DNA of 64,000 nucleotides from an uncultured virus (IMG/VR IMGVR_UViG_3300022876_000098) (lineage: Duplodnaviria; Heunggongvirae; Uroviricota; Caudoviricetes), in IMG/VR virus record IMGVR_UViG_3300022876_000098, one strand, 5' to 3'. Positions within the stretch are counted from its first letter, which is position 1. Each line of letters begins with the position of its first letter. This document shows, in pieces, positions 45,492 through 56,200 of this stretch. Below the pieces are notes generated by a model. The model saw nothing but the letters and a program-made list of their open reading frames with translations. It had not been told where the DNA came from and made no database searches. A program made the position numbers and the translations under genes.

Positions 45492-48400
45492 ATGACCACC
45501 ATTGCCTCTCTCGGTCTTCAGATCGATTCCGGCGATGCTGTCGAGGCCAAGGATAACCTCGACCAGCTGACGGACGCTGGCAAGCGCACCGAGGAGTTGG
45601 CTGGACGAACTGGGCGCGCCTGGGAGACTGCCCTGGGCAGCTTGCAAGGTGATACCCGCCAGATCGTCCAGGAGCTGCAGTCGCTCAACGCCAAGCAGGC
45701 CGAGCTGGCGCAGCAGATGGCGACCGTGGGGCGTGCTGTTACCAGCGCCTCAACGGCGTTCAGCAGTGCCGCAGCGAATATGGGGGCGTTCCGAACCGAA
45801 GCCGCTCAGGCGGGTAAGGTTCAGGAAACGCTGACCAGTGCCACAGATGCGGGCGCCCAAGCCGGCCGGCGCGCTGCCGAATCCGCCGACGAGCAGCAGG
45901 CCAGGATTCTGGCCGTGGCCAAAGCCTCGATGGAGGCCAGCCAGTACGTTCAGTCGCTCAACCGGGCCACCGAGCACACAGTCGAGGTCACCTCTCAGGC
46001 TAACGCTGTCCTGTCCGAGAGCGCAAGTCGGCAGGCTGCCATCAACAGCCGGGCCCAGGCCCTCATTGCCACAGAAGAGCGCCAGGCGGAGGCGGCGAAG
46101 AAGGCAGCCGGCGCGCATCGGGAAGAAGGCCAGGCGCTGGAAGAGCTGCTGGGTAAGATCGACCCGACCGTCGCAGCTATGAGCCGGCTGGATCAGATGG
46201 AGCAAAAGCTGAAGGGCTTCCGCACCCGCGGCGCGCTCGATACGGAGACCTTCGGCGAGTATCAGGCGAAGATCGACCAGGCGCGCACTGCATTGGGCGG
46301 CGCCGATATTGCGCTGAACAAGACGGGTATGTCGGCCAAGGCCACCGCAGCAGCACTGCGCGGCGTACCGGCTCAGTTCACCGATATCGTGGTGTCCTTG
46401 CAGGGTGGACAGGCTCCGCTCCAGGTATTACTACAGCAGGGCGGGCAGCTCAAGGACATGTTCGGCGGCGTGGGCCCAGCCATTCAGGCGCTGGGCGGCT
46501 ACGTCCTTGGCTTGGTGAACCCGTTCACCGTCGCAGCGGCGGCGGTCGGCGTGCTCGGATATGCCTACTACTCGGGCAGCGAAGAGGCGGTCGGTTTCCA
46601 GAAAGCGCTGATCACCACCGGCAACGCGGCCGGCACGACGTCGGACCGGCTTTCCGGCATGGCGCGCGAGGTCGCCGCGACTGTCGGTACCACCGGCGCC
46701 GCGGCCGAGGTACTCACCCAGCTGGCCGGCAGCGGCAAGATCGCCGCTGGCAGCTTCGTCGAGATCACCGAAGCCGCTTTGGAGTGGCGCTCGGCGACCG
46801 GGGAGGCGGTAGAGGAAACAGTTGCCGAGTTCGTGAAGATCGGCAAAGACCCGGTGACGGCGGCCAAAGACCTCAATGAGCAGTACAACTTCCTTACCGC
46901 AGCGACCTACTCGCAGATCGTTGCATTGAAGGAGCAGGGCGACACCATCGGGGCCGCCAAACTGCTCACCGACACCTATGTCGATACCATCAAAAATCGC
47001 AGTAAGGAAGTCACCGAGAACCTCTCGATCTGGGAGCGTGGCTGGAAGGCGCTGCGCGGCGAGGTCGCTGCAACGGTGGATTCGGTCAAGAACATTGGCC
47101 GGGATCAGGACATATCGAGCCGAATCGTTGATCTGCAGCGCCAGGTGGCCGCAGCGCAGAGTGCAGTTAATGCTGACAAGGACGACACCGACGCCCAGAA
47201 AAAGCTCACCAACGCCAACCTTGAGCTGAAGGGACTTATACAGCAGCGTGACACGCTTGCAGCGATAGCCAGCGCCCGCGCTCTGGACGCCCAGCAGCAA
47301 CAGGCGGCGGTGGTTGCAATCGGGAAGATCGACGCCCTGGAGAAGTCCGCCAGGACCAATGCCGAGAAGCGGGCCGACGCACTGAAGGAGTACAACAAGT
47401 CTCTGGATGCGATCCGCAAGGTCAACCCGAATGATGAACGGCTCAAGCCTGAGACTATCGCCCGAGTGCAGGCCGACATCGCCAAGCAGTTCAAGGATTC
47501 TGCAGGGCGCACCACGTCGGTTGACCTCTCCGGGTTCAACGACCAGAAGAACGCGTTGAGCGCCATCCTGACCGAGTACAAGAATCATCAGAAGGAGCTG
47601 GATGCGGCGCAGAAGGCCGGGCTTATCTCACAGGAGTCGTACGCCGCCCAACGCGCTGCGATCATCGAGCAGCAGAAGGCCGAGGTCACGAACGCCCACG
47701 AGGCAGAGATCAAGGCGCTGGAGGAGGCCAAGGGGCGAAGCAGTACCAGCGCCCAGCAGCGAATCCAGCTGGACCAGAAGATCGCCGACGCCCGGGCTGC
47801 CGTGGTGAAGGCGCAGAAGGATGCCGATACCGAGCTTTCGGTGCTCGCGACCAATGAGCAGGGCCGACTGGGCAAGCAGGCAAGGGCCGTGCAGACCTAC
47901 ACCGACGCCCTCGACCAGCAGGTCCTGGCGTTGAGGCTTCAGGGGCAGCGTGCCGCCGATGGCCTTGGGCTGAGTGACCGCGGGCGCGGCCTGCAGGATC
48001 AGCAGAACGGTATCACTGACCGCATCAACCAACAGCGCCTGGATCTGGCCAACCAGTACGGTGATGGCTCTCGCGGCATGAGCCTCGATGAGTACAACCA
48101 GAAGCTGGCGGCCCTGAACAATACCGAGAAGGACCTGCAGGAAACCACCGTCGCCAACTACGACCAGATCAAGGCCGCCCAGGGCGACTGGCGCAATGGG
48201 GCGTCTTCGGCCTTCCAGAGTTACCTGGATCAGGCCCGGGATGTCGCCGGGCAGACGAGATCTTTATTCACGAATGCGTTCAGCTCGATGGAGGATGCGG
48301 TCGTGAACTTTGTCATGACTGGCAAGTTCTCGTTTGCGGACTTCACTAAGTCGATCCTTGCTGACATGGTTCGGATCGAGACCCAGCGGGCGGCATCAGG

Positions 48401-48950
48401 GCTGCTCGGTAGTCTGGTGAGTTGGGGGGGCACTGCGGCATCCGCCTATTTTGGCGGTGGCGGAGGTAACGGGTTGGAAGCCGGGTCTGCTGGTGCCATT
48501 TCCTCAAACCTAGGCGCCTCTCAGGCAGGCTACAGCAGCACCTACTTCCCGCAAGCGCTTGGCGGCGCCTGGTCGAATGGCGTTCAGCTGTTCGCCAATG
48601 GCGGCGCATTCACCAACTCAATCGTGAGTACTCCGACCGCATTCGGTATGTCTGGCGGCAGGATGGGCGTAATGGGCGAGGCTGGCGACGAGGCAATCAT
48701 GCCGTTGACCCGCACCTCCGGGGGGCAACTGGGAGTAATGGCGGTGGGCGCTGGATCGGGAACGTCGATCAGCCTGTCGGCGCCGGTCAGCATCGTCACC
48801 GAGGACCGCAGCAGCGATGGCATGCAGTTGGACCAAGAGGCCCTGCAAAGGAACATGCAGACGCAAATGAAGGCTGCGGCCGAGAGGGCGGTCGCTGATT
48901 CTTGGAAAGCCGGCGGGATCAGTTATCGCAACACGCAGGGGAGGCGCTGA
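45492..48950 (+). CDS. Tape measure protein (lambda H family)
   Basis: 1152 aa, Ala-rich; QQGGQLKDMFGG; FANGGAF..MGEAG. Confidence 0.93.
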   Translation: MTTIASLGLQIDSGDAVEAKDNLDQLTDAGKRTEELAGRTGRAWETALGSLQGDTRQIVQELQSLNAKQAELAQQMATVGRAVTSASTAFSSAAANMGAFRTEAAQAGKVQETLTSATDAGAQAGRRAAESADEQQARILAVAKASMEASQYVQSLNRATEHTVEVTSQANAVLSESASRQAAINSRAQALIATEERQAEAAKKAAGAHREEGQALEELLGKIDPTVAAMSRLDQMEQKLKGFRTRGALDTETFGEYQAKIDQARTALGGADIALNKTGMSAKATAAALRGVPAQFTDIVVSLQGGQAPLQVLLQQGGQLKDMFGGVGPAIQALGGYVLGLVNPFTVAAAAVGVLGYAYYSGSEEAVGFQKALITTGNAAGTTSDRLSGMAREVAATVGTTGAAAEVLTQLAGSGKIAAGSFVEITEAALEWRSATGEAVEETVAEFVKIGKDPVTAAKDLNEQYNFLTAATYSQIVALKEQGDTIGAAKLLTDTYVDTIKNRSKEVTENLSIWERGWKALRGEVAATVDSVKNIGRDQDISSRIVDLQRQVAAAQSAVNADKDDTDAQKKLTNANLELKGLIQQRDTLAAIASARALDAQQQQAAVVAIGKIDALEKSARTNAEKRADALKEYNKSLDAIRKVNPNDERLKPETIARVQADIAKQFKDSAGRTTSVDLSGFNDQKNALSAILTEYKNHQKELDAAQKAGLISQESYAAQRAAIIEQQKAEVTNAHEAEIKALEEAKGRSSTSAQQRIQLDQKIADARAAVVKAQKDADTELSVLATNEQGRLGKQARAVQTYTDALDQQVLALRLQGQRAADGLGLSDRGRGLQDQQNGITDRINQQRLDLANQYGDGSRGMSLDEYNQKLAALNNTEKDLQETTVANYDQIKAAQGDWRNGASSAFQSYLDQARDVAGQTRSLFTNAFSSMEDAVVNFVMTGKFSFADFTKSILADMVRIETQRAASGLLGSLVSWGGTAASAYFGGGGGNGLEAGSAGAISSNLGASQAGYSSTYFPQALGGAWSNGVQLFANGGAFTNSIVSTPTAFGMSGGRMGVMGEAGDEAIMPLTRTSGGQLGVMAVGAGSGTSISLSAPVSIVTEDRSSDGMQLDQEALQRNMQTQMKAAAERAVADSWKAGGISYRNTQGRR

Positions 48951-49288
48951 TGGCAATTGAGAGATTCAACTGGCCGACCCAGCGCGGCGAAACGCCGGAC
49001 ATCAATTATCGGGTACGTGAGTCCCGGTTCGGCGGCGGCTATCGGCAGACGGTTGGCGATGGACCGAACAATAAGGAGGACAGCTACCCGATCACCGTCA
49101 CTGGGACGAAGGCCCAGGTCCGCAAGATCATGGAATTCTTTGACCGGCACGGCGGCGCCAAGGCCTTTCTGTGGTCTACGCCGCTCGGTGATCTGGGGTT
49201 GTTCACATGCAAGGATCCCAAGCCAACGTCTGTAGGCGGCGGTCGATTCAAGGTCTCCGCCACCTTTGAGCGGGCCTTCCACCCATAG
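48950..49288 (+). CDS. Minor tail protein M
   Basis: FGGGYRQ..GPNN..FFDRHGGAKAFLW. Confidence 0.88.
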   Translation: MAIERFNWPTQRGETPDINYRVRESRFGGGYRQTVGDGPNNKEDSYPITVTGTKAQVRKIMEFFDRHGGAKAFLWSTPLGDLGLFTCKDPKPTSVGGGRFKVSATFERAFHP

Positions 49289-49297
49289 GAAGAGAGC

Positions 49298-50047
49298 ATG
49301 TCACTGATCAAGGACATCCAGACCCTAGAGCCTGGCAACGAGGTGTTGCTGTTCGAGCTGGATGGCTCGGATTTCGGCGCCAATACGCTGCGGTTCCATG
49401 GGCATGCAATCCCGCACTCTGCACAGGAACTGGCCGCCGCTGGCGAGAACGCCGACCAGCTGCCTGCCAAGTCGATCTGGTGGCAGGGCAATGAATACGG
49501 CGCCTGGCCCATGCAGATCGACGGCATTGAGGCGAACTCGGACGGCACCGCCGTGCGGCCCACGCTGACGGTCGGTAACGTCAACGGCAGGATCACGGCT
49601 CTGTGCCTGGCCTTCGACAACCTGCTCGAGTTCAAACTGACCATCCGTCACACCATGGCGCGCTACCTGGACGCGGAAAATTTCCCAAGCGGCAACCCCG
49701 AGGCTGACCCGACCGAGGAGGCGATCGAGGTCTGGTACATCGATCAGAAGGTCTCGGAGAACGGGACCACGGTTTCTTGGGAGCTGGCTAGCCCTGGCGA
49801 CGTTGGCGGGGAGACGATCGGCCGGCAGATGACTCAGCTGTGCCACTGGGCGATGACCGCAGGCTACCGCGGCCCTAACTGCGGATACACCGGCCCGTAC
49901 TACGACCTCGATGGAACCGCCACGGACGACCCGGCCAAGGACCAGTGCAATGGTTGCCTGGATTCAGGCTGCACAGTCCGTTTTGGCCAAGGCAACGAGT
50001 TGCCATTCGGCGGCTTCCCGGCCGTTTCCCTGATCGCACGGAGTTGA
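49298..50047 (+). CDS. Minor tail protein L
   Basis: LCHW..YRGPNCGY..C..C..RFG..FGGFP. Confidence 0.9.
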   Translation: MSLIKDIQTLEPGNEVLLFELDGSDFGANTLRFHGHAIPHSAQELAAAGENADQLPAKSIWWQGNEYGAWPMQIDGIEANSDGTAVRPTLTVGNVNGRITALCLAFDNLLEFKLTIRHTMARYLDAENFPSGNPEADPTEEAIEVWYIDQKVSENGTTVSWELASPGDVGGETIGRQMTQLCHWAMTAGYRGPNCGYTGPYYDLDGTATDDPAKDQCNGCLDSGCTVRFGQGNELPFGGFPAVSLIARS

Positions 50048-50049
50048 CC

Positions 50050-50805
50050 ATGCGCAAACACCTCCTCGTTGCCGTGCAGACGCACGCTGCGGCAGAGTAC
50101 CCGCGCGAGTGTTGCGGGCTGATCATTTCTGCTGGTCGCTCCCACCGTTATGTGGCCTGCGAGAACACTGCCACAGATCCGGCAGAGGAATTCCGCATCT
50201 CGCCTGAAGCCTACGCTGCATCCGAGGATCTGGGCGAGGTGATTGGGATCGTGCACTCACACCCAGACGCTACCAGCAGGCCCTCACCGCGTGATCTGGC
50301 CATGTGTGAGGCCACCGGCTTGCCCTGGCACATCCTGTCGTGGCCTGAAGGTGATCTGCGCACTATCACGCCAACCGGTCATACACCATTGCTTAACCGG
50401 CCGTTCGTGCACGGTGCCTGGGACTGCTGGCAGGTCTGCGCGGACTGGTACAAGCGGGAGTGGGGGCTTGAGTTCCCGGCCTATGCCCGTGATGAAGGGT
50501 GGTGGGAGAAAGCCGACGGCCCGAGCTTGTACGAGCAGGCCTACGAGGCCGCCGGCTTCTACCAGGTCACTCAGCCTCAGCGCGGCGACATGATCGTCAT
50601 GGCAGTTGGGCGAACCGCTCACCCGAACCACGCCGGTATCTACTTGGACGCGAATGCGCAGCTACCCGAGGAACATGCAAAAGTCTTCGGGGCTGGCCCC
50701 TTCATGCTCCACCATCTGCTCGGCAGACCATCAGAAATCATCGTGTTTGGCGGGCCCTGGCTCGACCGGACGCGCCTTGTGTTGCGTCATCGGGACGCGA
50801 AGTGA
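50050..50805 (+). CDS. Tail assembly protein K (JAB + NlpC/P60)
   Basis: PRECCG, HSHPD, DCW, HAGIY. Confidence 0.9.
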   Translation: MRKHLLVAVQTHAAAEYPRECCGLIISAGRSHRYVACENTATDPAEEFRISPEAYAASEDLGEVIGIVHSHPDATSRPSPRDLAMCEATGLPWHILSWPEGDLRTITPTGHTPLLNRPFVHGAWDCWQVCADWYKREWGLEFPAYARDEGWWEKADGPSLYEQAYEAAGFYQVTQPQRGDMIVMAVGRTAHPNHAGIYLDANAQLPEEHAKVFGAGPFMLHHLLGRPSEIIVFGGPWLDRTRLVLRHRDAK

Positions 50806-50830
50806 AGCGGTGAATCCATAGGAGCATTGA

Positions 50831-50998
50831 ATGAGCTCAACATCGGCTGACGGGCTGAAAGAAGCAAACCGTAGGATTGAAGAGCTGCAAGCTCGACTCA
50901 CGACGGAGTCGAGCTTGCGGCTAGCATATGAGGCGATATTAACCGCCCGCATTGCTGCCTTAGATGAGAAAGTCAGGCAGTTGCAGCGACCCGTTTGA
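50831..50998 (+). CDS. Small coiled-coil protein (55 aa)
   Basis: AGGAG SD; MSSTSADGLKEANRRIEELQARL. Confidence 0.5.
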   Translation: MSSTSADGLKEANRRIEELQARLTTESSLRLAYEAILTARIAALDEKVRQLQRPV

Positions 50999-51161
50999 GT
51001 TCAGCTCGTGCGAGCTCCTCAATTTCCTTGATCGAAAAATCACCGATCGGCTTGCCCAAGAGGTCTACTTCAACCATCAGGTTCGCGCTGGTCCCATTCC
51101 CGAGCCCTACTATCGCCTTGGGCGCGAGGGACAGGTTGAGTTGAACAAGTTTTGTGGCCAT
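50973..51161 (-). CDS. Small hypothetical protein (moron)
   Basis: AAGGA SD. Confidence 0.55.
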   Translation of the reverse strand: MATKLVQLNLSLAPKAIVGLGNGTSANLMVEVDLLGKPIGDFSIKEIEELARAELKRVAATA

Positions 51162-51354
51162 TCGATATCCTTAACTGATTGCGCTACAAGAAACGCTATC
51201 CAGTCCATGGGCTTTCCGGCAACGGACCGGGGCGGTTTTTTGGAGGCACAACGCTACTACGGCTGCTGGCAAGCGGGTTACTGGCTTTCCATCCACGCTG
51301 GATGCCCGGCCAGTTCGGCTGCTACAGTCGCTGGTTTCAAGGGAGGGATACCTT

Positions 51355-51729
51355 ATGAAGCTCGATAAGGAACTGGTGCGGGAGATTTTGCTTGCAGTTG
51401 AGGCTCATGACGAAGCGCATGGCTGGATGGAGTTAGCTATCGAAGGGCGGACAGCCAAAGAGGTCTCCTACCACGTTATGTTGCTGGATGAGGCAGGGCT
51501 TCTTTCGGGGATAAGTCTTGGCGGGATAAATCATTTCGAATGGCAACCGAAGCGATTGACTTACAAAGGGCACGAGTTTCTCGACACCGTTCGCGACCCT
51601 GAAGTATGGCGGAGAACGAAGGAGGGAGCCGAAAAGGCAGGTGTGGCCGGCCTTGGTATGCTCTTGGAGCTCGGCAAGGCTTATGGTAAGCAGTTGCTAA
51701 AAGAGCGCCTGGGCTTGGAGCTCTCCTGA
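51355..51729 (+). CDS. DUF2513-like winged-helix protein (moron)
   Basis: DKELVREILL..YHVMLL..AGL..RLTYKGHEFLD.VR..VW; terminator at ~51740-51765. Confidence 0.8.
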   Translation: MKLDKELVREILLAVEAHDEAHGWMELAIEGRTAKEVSYHVMLLDEAGLLSGISLGGINHFEWQPKRLTYKGHEFLDTVRDPEVWRRTKEGAEKAGVAGLGMLLELGKAYGKQLLKERLGLELS

Positions 51730-51833
51730 TAAGCCGGCGGGCCCAGCCCCGCGCAGGGCTTTTTGCATCTGCTGTCGCGAGTTTCGATTTCCCGTAAACT
51801 GCCCGGCCTATCCACCATTCAAGGAATGAGACC

Positions 51834-52145
51834 GTGGCATCCAATCACACCGTTACCTGCCCTCACTGCATTACCGAAGTGCCGTGGGGCGCTCGTGTAT
51901 GCCGAGGTTGCCAAGCCGAGATCGAGTACGGCACGCCTCGTGGCATTACTGCCTTCCTAGGGATCCTCTGCCTGATCGCGGGCTGGTATGCCGCCAAGGT
52001 CTTTCACCTCTACATCACCGACAACTCGACAGTCCTCTGGGCGGTGTTCGGGATCGTCTTCGGAGGGCTGGCCTTGGCTTGCACGAGGTTCTGTAGGCGC
52101 CGGTACGCCCACAAGACCATGTTCAAGCGTTTCTACCGGAAATAG
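51834..52145 (+). CDS. Zinc-ribbon + two-TM protein (moron)
   Basis: CPHC..CRGC followed by two TM helices. Confidence 0.7.
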   Translation: MASNHTVTCPHCITEVPWGARVCRGCQAEIEYGTPRGITAFLGILCLIAGWYAAKVFHLYITDNSTVLWAVFGIVFGGLALACTRFCRRRYAHKTMFKRFYRK

Positions 52146-52153
52146 GGGATCAC

Positions 52154-52498
52154 ATGCGAATTCTGATCGGTGCTATGGGGCTGGCGCTGCTGGCGGGGTG
52201 CGTGTCGCCGAGCGACCTGAAAGGCAATTCTCCAACGACCAAAGCTGTTACCAAGAAATCGCCAAAGGAGTACGTGCTATGTGTATTCCCTCAATGGCAG
52301 GATGCTCGATCTGAAGCGACCATGTCAGAGACTCAGAATGGCTACCGTCTAGTCATTGGTGCAATGAACCTGACAGACGAATTGCTTGAGGTCTCTAAGA
52401 CGGGCACAGGTAGCTCGGTTGTGTTTTATCAGCGGGTTCCGTGGATGCCAGGTGTTGGGCGTTCCGCGATAGAGGGTGCAGTAAAATCGTGCCTTTGA
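52154..52498 (+). CDS. Lipoprotein (moron)
   Basis: Lipobox LAGC; terminator at 52516-52540. Confidence 0.8.
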   Translation: MRILIGAMGLALLAGCVSPSDLKGNSPTTKAVTKKSPKEYVLCVFPQWQDARSEATMSETQNGYRLVIGAMNLTDELLEVSKTGTGSSVVFYQRVPWMPGVGRSAIEGAVKSCL

Positions 52499-52553
52499 TG
52501 TAGCACCACCTATCAACCGCCTTCGGGCGGTTTTTTATTGCCCGGAGGAAAGT

Positions 52554-53150
52554 ATGGCTGCAACGGTTGCGCATTATGCGCAGATGACAACGATCAAGCT
52601 TTCCGGCTCGCTGGCTCAGAAATTTGGCCGTGAGCATCGCCGCCAGTTGGATAGTGGAGAGGGGTGGGAGGCGTTCAAAGCGTTGCGCGTTACTCTTCCC
52701 GGCTTCGTGGAGGAAATCAGACGGCTTGATGTCCTGGGAGTCCGCTTCGCCGTATTCCGCAACCGAAAAAACGTAGGCGCCGATGACCTTGGGCGCCGTG
52801 GCACCAAAGAGATACGCATTGTTCCCGTCATTGGCGGGAGCAAGCGCGGAGGTCTTCTTCAGACGATCATTGGAACCGTAATCTTCGTCGCGTCTTTTTT
52901 CGTTCCTGGGATGCAGGGGTGGGGGCAGTCTCTCGGCGCATCACTCGCCTTGGGCGGTGTCATCCAGATGCTAAGTCCCCAGGCAAAGGGCCTCTCCCAA
53001 AGCGCAGCGCCCGAGAACCTGCCGTCGTACGCCTTCGGCAGCGCCAAGAACACCACAGCTAGCGGCAACCCTGTCCCAATTTGCATCGGCGAACGTCGCT
53101 GGGGCGGGGCAATCATCTCTGCCTCGATTCGCGCCGAAGATAAGAAGTAG
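52554..53150 (+). CDS. Tail assembly protein I
   Basis: IKLSGSLAQKFGR..IRIVPVIGGSK..GNPVP..G. Confidence 0.9.
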   Translation: MAATVAHYAQMTTIKLSGSLAQKFGREHRRQLDSGEGWEAFKALRVTLPGFVEEIRRLDVLGVRFAVFRNRKNVGADDLGRRGTKEIRIVPVIGGSKRGGLLQTIIGTVIFVASFFVPGMQGWGQSLGASLALGGVIQMLSPQAKGLSQSAAPENLPSYAFGSAKNTTASGNPVPICIGERRWGGAIISASIRAEDKK

Positions 53151-53206
53151 CCACAGCTGAACGTACAAGCCGCCTCTGGGCGGTTTTTTATTGCTTGGAG
53201 AAAAAT

Positions 53207-56200
53207 ATGGGCGCAGCACAGCACCTGGACATCGCTGGCGCGAAAGGCGGCAGCAGCAAGCCGAAGACGCCTGTTGAGGCGCCGGACAGCCTACAGTCGA
53301 CCAACATCGCGAGCATCCTGCTAGCCGTGGGGGAAGGGGAATTCGACGGCACGCCAACTGACCGTGACATTTACCTCGACAACACACCGATCATGGATGT
53401 CAGCGGCAACGTGAACTTCCCGGGCGTGAGTTGGGAGTGGCGTACAGGCAGCATCGATCAGGAATACATCAAGGGTATTCCTGCAATCGAGAACGAGAAC
53501 ACGGTTAACGTCGAGCTGCGTAGCGAAAACCCATTCACGCGCGCTCTGAGCAACACCCAGCTTTCGCGCCTACGCCTTCGCTTCACCTGGCCTCGCTTGG
53601 CCAGCCAGGACAGTAGTGGCAACACCAACGGGTATCGTATCGAGTATGCGATCGACATCGCTACCGACGGCGGTGCCTATGTCGAGGCTCACCGTGGCGC
53701 AGTGGACGGCAAGACCACCAACGGCTATCAGCGCTCCGTCAGCGTCGACCTTCCAGCCAGCACTTCGGGCTGGATGTTCCGTGTCCGTCGGATAACGCCG
53801 AACCAGAACAGTGGCACTGTAGCCGACACTATGACTATCGCCGGCTACACCGAAATCATTGACGAGAAACTGCGCTACCCCAACACCGCGCTCCTGTACA
53901 TCGAGTTTGACGCCCAGCAGTTCCAGAACATCCCTGCGGTAACCGTGAAGTGCAAGGCCAAGCGCTGGCCGGTGCCGACCAACTACGATCCCGTTGCACG
54001 CACCTATACCGGCGTATGGGACGGCACCTTCAAGCAGGCCTGGACCAACAACCCGGCCTTTGTGACTTACGGCCTGTGCGTCGAGGATCGTTTCGGCCTA
54101 GGTAAGCGCATCAAGTCGTGGATGGTCGACAAATGGGAGATGTACCGCATCGCCCAGTACTGCGACCAACTGGTGCCGAACGGGCAGGGCGGCCAGGAGC
54201 CGCGTTTTTTGTGCGACATGAACCTGCAGGGTCGCGCTGAGGCTTGGACGCTGCTGCGCGACCTGTCGGCTATCTACCGTGGCATGGTGTACTGGGCTCA
54301 CGGCTCGTTGTTCATGCAGGCGGACATGCCGCGCGCCCAGGACATCGACTACGTCTTCACCCGGGCCAACGTCATCGATGGCGAGTTCGTGTATGGCGGC
54401 GCCGAGCGCAATACGCACTACAGCCGCGCCCTGGTCAGCTACGACAACCCCGCCAACAACTATGACACCGACGTCATCCCGGTGACCGACCTGGCGCTCC
54501 AGCGCCGGTACCGTGACCGTCCGGTGGAAATTTCGGCCATTGGCTGCACCCGCGCCTCCGAGGCACAACGCCGCGGTAAGTGGGCGCTACTGAGCAACAG
54601 CCAAGATCGAACTGTCACCTTCAAGACCGGCATGGAGGGCCGCATCCCGCTCCCTGGCTATGTCATTCCTGTGGCGGATGAGCTGGTGGCTGGCCGCCCG
54701 AACGGTGGCCGGATTTCGTCGGCAGCCGGGCGCGTCGTGACGCTGGACCGTGATACGCCGATCAAGGCCGGCGACCGTCTGATTCTGAACCTGCCGAACG
54801 GCACCGCCCAGGCGCGAACTGTACAGTCGGTTGCCGGGCGCGCAGTGACGGTGACTACCGCATACAGCGTGCAGCCAGAGCCAGAACTGCAGTGGGCGAT
54901 TGATTACGACGACCTGGCTGTCCAGCTGTTCCGGGTGCTGAAGACTACGCGCACCCAGGAAGGTGCCTACGAGATCACCGCGCTCGAGTTCAATCCGAGC
55001 AAGTTTGCGGCCATCGACACCGGCGCCAAGCTGGACGAGCGCCCGATCAGTGTCATCCCGGTGACGACCGTGCAGCCACCGGCCAGCGTTACCCTGACTT
55101 CGGCCTACGCCGTGGATCAAGGTATTGGCGTGAACACCATGACCATTTCCTGGCCTGCAGTGCAGGGGGCCGTCGCCTATGACGTGGAATGGCGCAAGGA
55201 CAATGGCAATTGGGTTCGAGTACAACGCACCGGGGCGGCTTCTGTCGATGTGGTGGGTATCTATGCGGGGGCCTACCTGGCGCGTGTGCGCGCTGTGAGC
55301 TCGTTCGATATCACGTCGACCTGGCGCGACTCCATGCTTACCCAGTTAAAGGGTAAGGAAGGTCTACCGCCTGCAGTTGCATTTCTCACTACTACGCCGC
55401 TGGTGTTCGGCACCCGACTGAACTGGGGCTTCCCGGCTGGCGCGGAGGACACTGAGCGCACTGAGATTTGGCAGGGCACAACCACCAAGCGCGAAGAGGC
55501 TAGCAAGCTTGGGGACTTCGCTTATCCGCAAGCTGGGCACGAAGTTCACGGTCTAGCGGCTGGTGTATCGTTCTTCTACTGGGCGCGCCTGATTGACCGT
55601 AGCGGGAACGTTGGTCTGTGGTATCCAACCGGCGTCGGCGTGAACGGCCAAGCCAGCAGCAACCAGTTCGAGTATGAGGAATACTTCAAGGACAAAATCA
55701 GTAACGGTTCCCTGTACCCGGCACTGCGCGACGAGATCGCCCTCATCTCTGGCCCGCCCGATCTCCCGGGGTCGGTGAACAACCGTCTGGAAGAGCTGGA
55801 CGAGCAAGTCACCGAGATCACCGACCAACTGGGTGATGCGGTGACGCAGGTTCAATCCAACCTCGACACCGCCACTCAACAGGCTCAGCAGGCCATCGAC
55901 CAGGTTGCCGAGGCCGCCCGGCAGGTGCAGCAGGACCTCGATGAGGCCACCCAAGACCTGCAGGGCCAAATTGACGGCGTCAGCCAGATCGCCAAGTCGC
56001 TGCCGTACAACGCCGACAAAACCTATACCTCTGGCCAAACCGTGTTGGGTACCGACGGCAAGCTGTACCAGGCATCGAAGGCGGTACCGAAAAACACCGC
56101 GCCGCCGAATACCAGCTATTGGACTGATGTCGGCCAGGTTGTGCAGTCGGCGAACGGGCTTGCCGCCCGCGTGCAGACCGTGGAGACCAAGGTTACCAAC

